Below are positions 60,754 through 62,209 of a stretch of 62,209 nt of DNA, piece by piece. Source of the stretch: Lachnospiraceae bacterium (GTDB lineage: Bacteria > Bacillota > Clostridia > Lachnospirales > Lachnospiraceae); contig JAFSKT010000042.1 in assembly GCA_017448845.1 (NCBI GenBank), forward strand, positions 1 through 62,209, given 5' to 3'. Below the pieces are notes generated by a model. That model saw only the letters and a list, made by a program, of their open reading frames with translations. It searched no databases and was not told the origin of the DNA. A program made the position numbers and the translations under genes. Position 1 is the first letter of the stretch. The number at the start of each line of letters is the position of its first letter.

Positions 60754-61108
60754 ATATGACAGCTCCCTTTTCTATTTCCTGTCGTATAAAGCTATTATTA
60801 GCAGATCCGGTTTTGAAATACAGGATATCATAGTTTTGTGAATAATCATCAAAGCGATAAAGCTGATGTGTGAAGTTCTTGTATTCCTTCGAGGTAAGGC
60901 AGCGTGATTTTGATATATTACCGAAAACAGCGATATCAACATCAGATTCATTAGTGCACCGGTCTTCTAATGATGATCCGAAAAGAACGATCCGGTCAAT
61001 ATACCGGCATTTTTCTGCGGCATCAGCAATGTTGCGGATACATTCTTTCTTAACATCGGCTACTCTTATTTCTCTGTCATTAAGTTTTAGATTTACGATT
61101 TTATACAT
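60746..61108 (-). CDS. Minimal nucleotidyltransferase (MNT)
   Basis: LFGS..ESDVDIAV, YDIL, IRQEIEKGAVIY; directly upstream of HEPN. Confidence 0.9.
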   Translation of the reverse strand: MYKIVNLKLNDREIRVADVKKECIRNIADAAEKCRYIDRIVLFGSSLEDRCTNESDVDIAVFGNISKSRCLTSKEYKNFTHQLYRFDDYSQNYDILYFKTGSANNSFIRQEIEKGAVIYG

Positions 61109-61373
61109 GATTTACTACCATCAAGTTTATATGCTTTGACCATTACATCCATATATTACCACACTTTATGATGATGCGTATACATGTGATTTTGGATCAT
61201 TATATGAAGAATTGGAAAAAGAGGGTATAATACAGGAGACGGATATGCCGCATGCAGGGCGCTGACCAGCAATACTGGCAGGAATGATGTGGAACTGCTG
61301 CTGAAGGCGACTGATGAGGGTTACATGCCCAAAGAATCGTATCATTAAAAACCTGGAAAAGGAGCAAGGCAAA

Positions 61374-62209
61374 ATGAAGAAAACAGCAGGATTTTTGCTT
61401 GTAATGGCGATTGCAATGATAGGAATTTCCATGACATGCTATGCCGGGGAAAAGAAGCTGGGGACCGGGGACATCGGGAACCCGGATCCAACGAACGGGA
61501 AGGGCTGGAGCTACGTGTATTATGGGAAGTATACCGGCAAAGGTGAAAATGTTGAAGAAAGAGCGGTATACACTCCCGAGAAATACCGGGTGCTGTCAAA
61601 GGAGACCACGGATTTCAGCAGGGAAGATAACGGGATCAGGGAAAAGACCATGCTCCTCGACTGCGACCGGATCCTTTTTGACAAGGCTTTCCATCTTGAA
61701 TACCCTTGGCCAAATGCCTGGGCAGACAGCGATATCCGGACCTGGCTTAATAAAGGGAACACGTTCTATGGAAACGGAAACGTGTTTACGGCCGCTGAAA
61801 GGGCCGCCATAGCGGAGAGCCGCACGGAGTATGCCACTGGTTATACCACGGCAAACGGACGGGATTATGAGATCACGAATATAGACGGGAATCATGTTTT
61901 CCTGCTGGACGTGAGTGAGGCGGTTAATGCGGACTATGGCTATGTAAACAATGACAGCCGCAAAAAGAACGGTGGGGAAAACTCGTATTGGTGGCTGCGG
62001 TCGCCTCTTAAAGTCGATAGTCACGACGCCGGCTTTGTGAGCGAGGATGGCGAAATCATCCTCAGAACCGTGTCGAACGAAGACGTTGGTGTTAGCCCCG
62101 CTTTTAATGTAAATCTGGAATCTGTCATCTTCACATCTGAAATCACGTCCGAACCGGGATCCTTTAAGCTTACCCTTTCCGATAACGAACTTGGGATAAA
62201 GGTGACGGA
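61374..62209 (+). CDS. Secreted DUF6273-like protein (3' truncated; absent from ORF track)
   Basis: Open to window end; signal peptide MKKTAGFLLVMAIAMIGISMTCYA; VYYGKY, YRVL, W.DSDIRTWLN, VFLL, WWLRSP, GVSPAF; AAGGAG SD. Confidence 0.8.
   Translation, partial: MKKTAGFLLVMAIAMIGISMTCYAGEKKLGTGDIGNPDPTNGKGWSYVYYGKYTGKGENVEERAVYTPEKYRVLSKETTDFSREDNGIREKTMLLDCDRILFDKAFHLEYPWPNAWADSDIRTWLNKGNTFYGNGNVFTAAERAAIAESRTEYATGYTTANGRDYEITNIDGNHVFLLDVSEAVNADYGYVNNDSRKKNGGENSYWWLRSPLKVDSHDAGFVSEDGEIILRTVSNEDVGVSPAFNVNLESVIFTSEITSEPGSFKLTLSDNELGIKVT

Noticed and set aside
61160-61266. Short frame YDDAYTCDFGSLYEELEKEGIIQETDMPHAGR
   Set aside because: No start or SD; may be a gene remnant but cannot be supported
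61300-61345. Hammerhead ribozyme (CTGATGAG plus short stem)
   Set aside because: Stem is followed by AAAG instead of GAAA and I found no stems I and III
828-62024. Numerous short alternative-frame and antisense ORFs in the track, including 61441-61812 and 61596-62024
   Set aside because: They overlap well-supported genes and lack recognisable motifs

Overview
Chromosomal window from a Firmicute, most likely Lachnospiraceae (inferred from PolC, RNase Y, the L22 N-terminal and L17 internal extensions, and gene order). 1-12.1 kb is the S10-spc-alpha ribosomal superoperon (partial rplV through rplQ). Several of its spacers carry highly structured inserts, including a 66-nt element present twice with only compensatory or loop differences and a 3 x 58-bp tandem array. 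It is followed by a fused EcfA-A', ecfT, truA, a lone hypF, an atypical DAACS transporter, rny, a cysteine desulfurase, a GH31/isomerase/two-component/ABC sugar locus, a polar amino-acid ABC transporter, a lipoprotein-deacetylase-bactofilin cluster and pyrH-frr-uppS-cdsA-dxr-rseP-ispG-polC. The accessory right end holds a degenerate M4-like secreted protein, an MCP, a secreted protein with a duplicated domain, a tRNA-like 3' fragment (possible att site), an MNT plus frameshifted HEPN pair and a partial DUF6273-like gene. I saw no rRNA, complete tRNA, CRISPR array, transposase or integrase. All family calls come from motifs recognised by eye; no database was searched.
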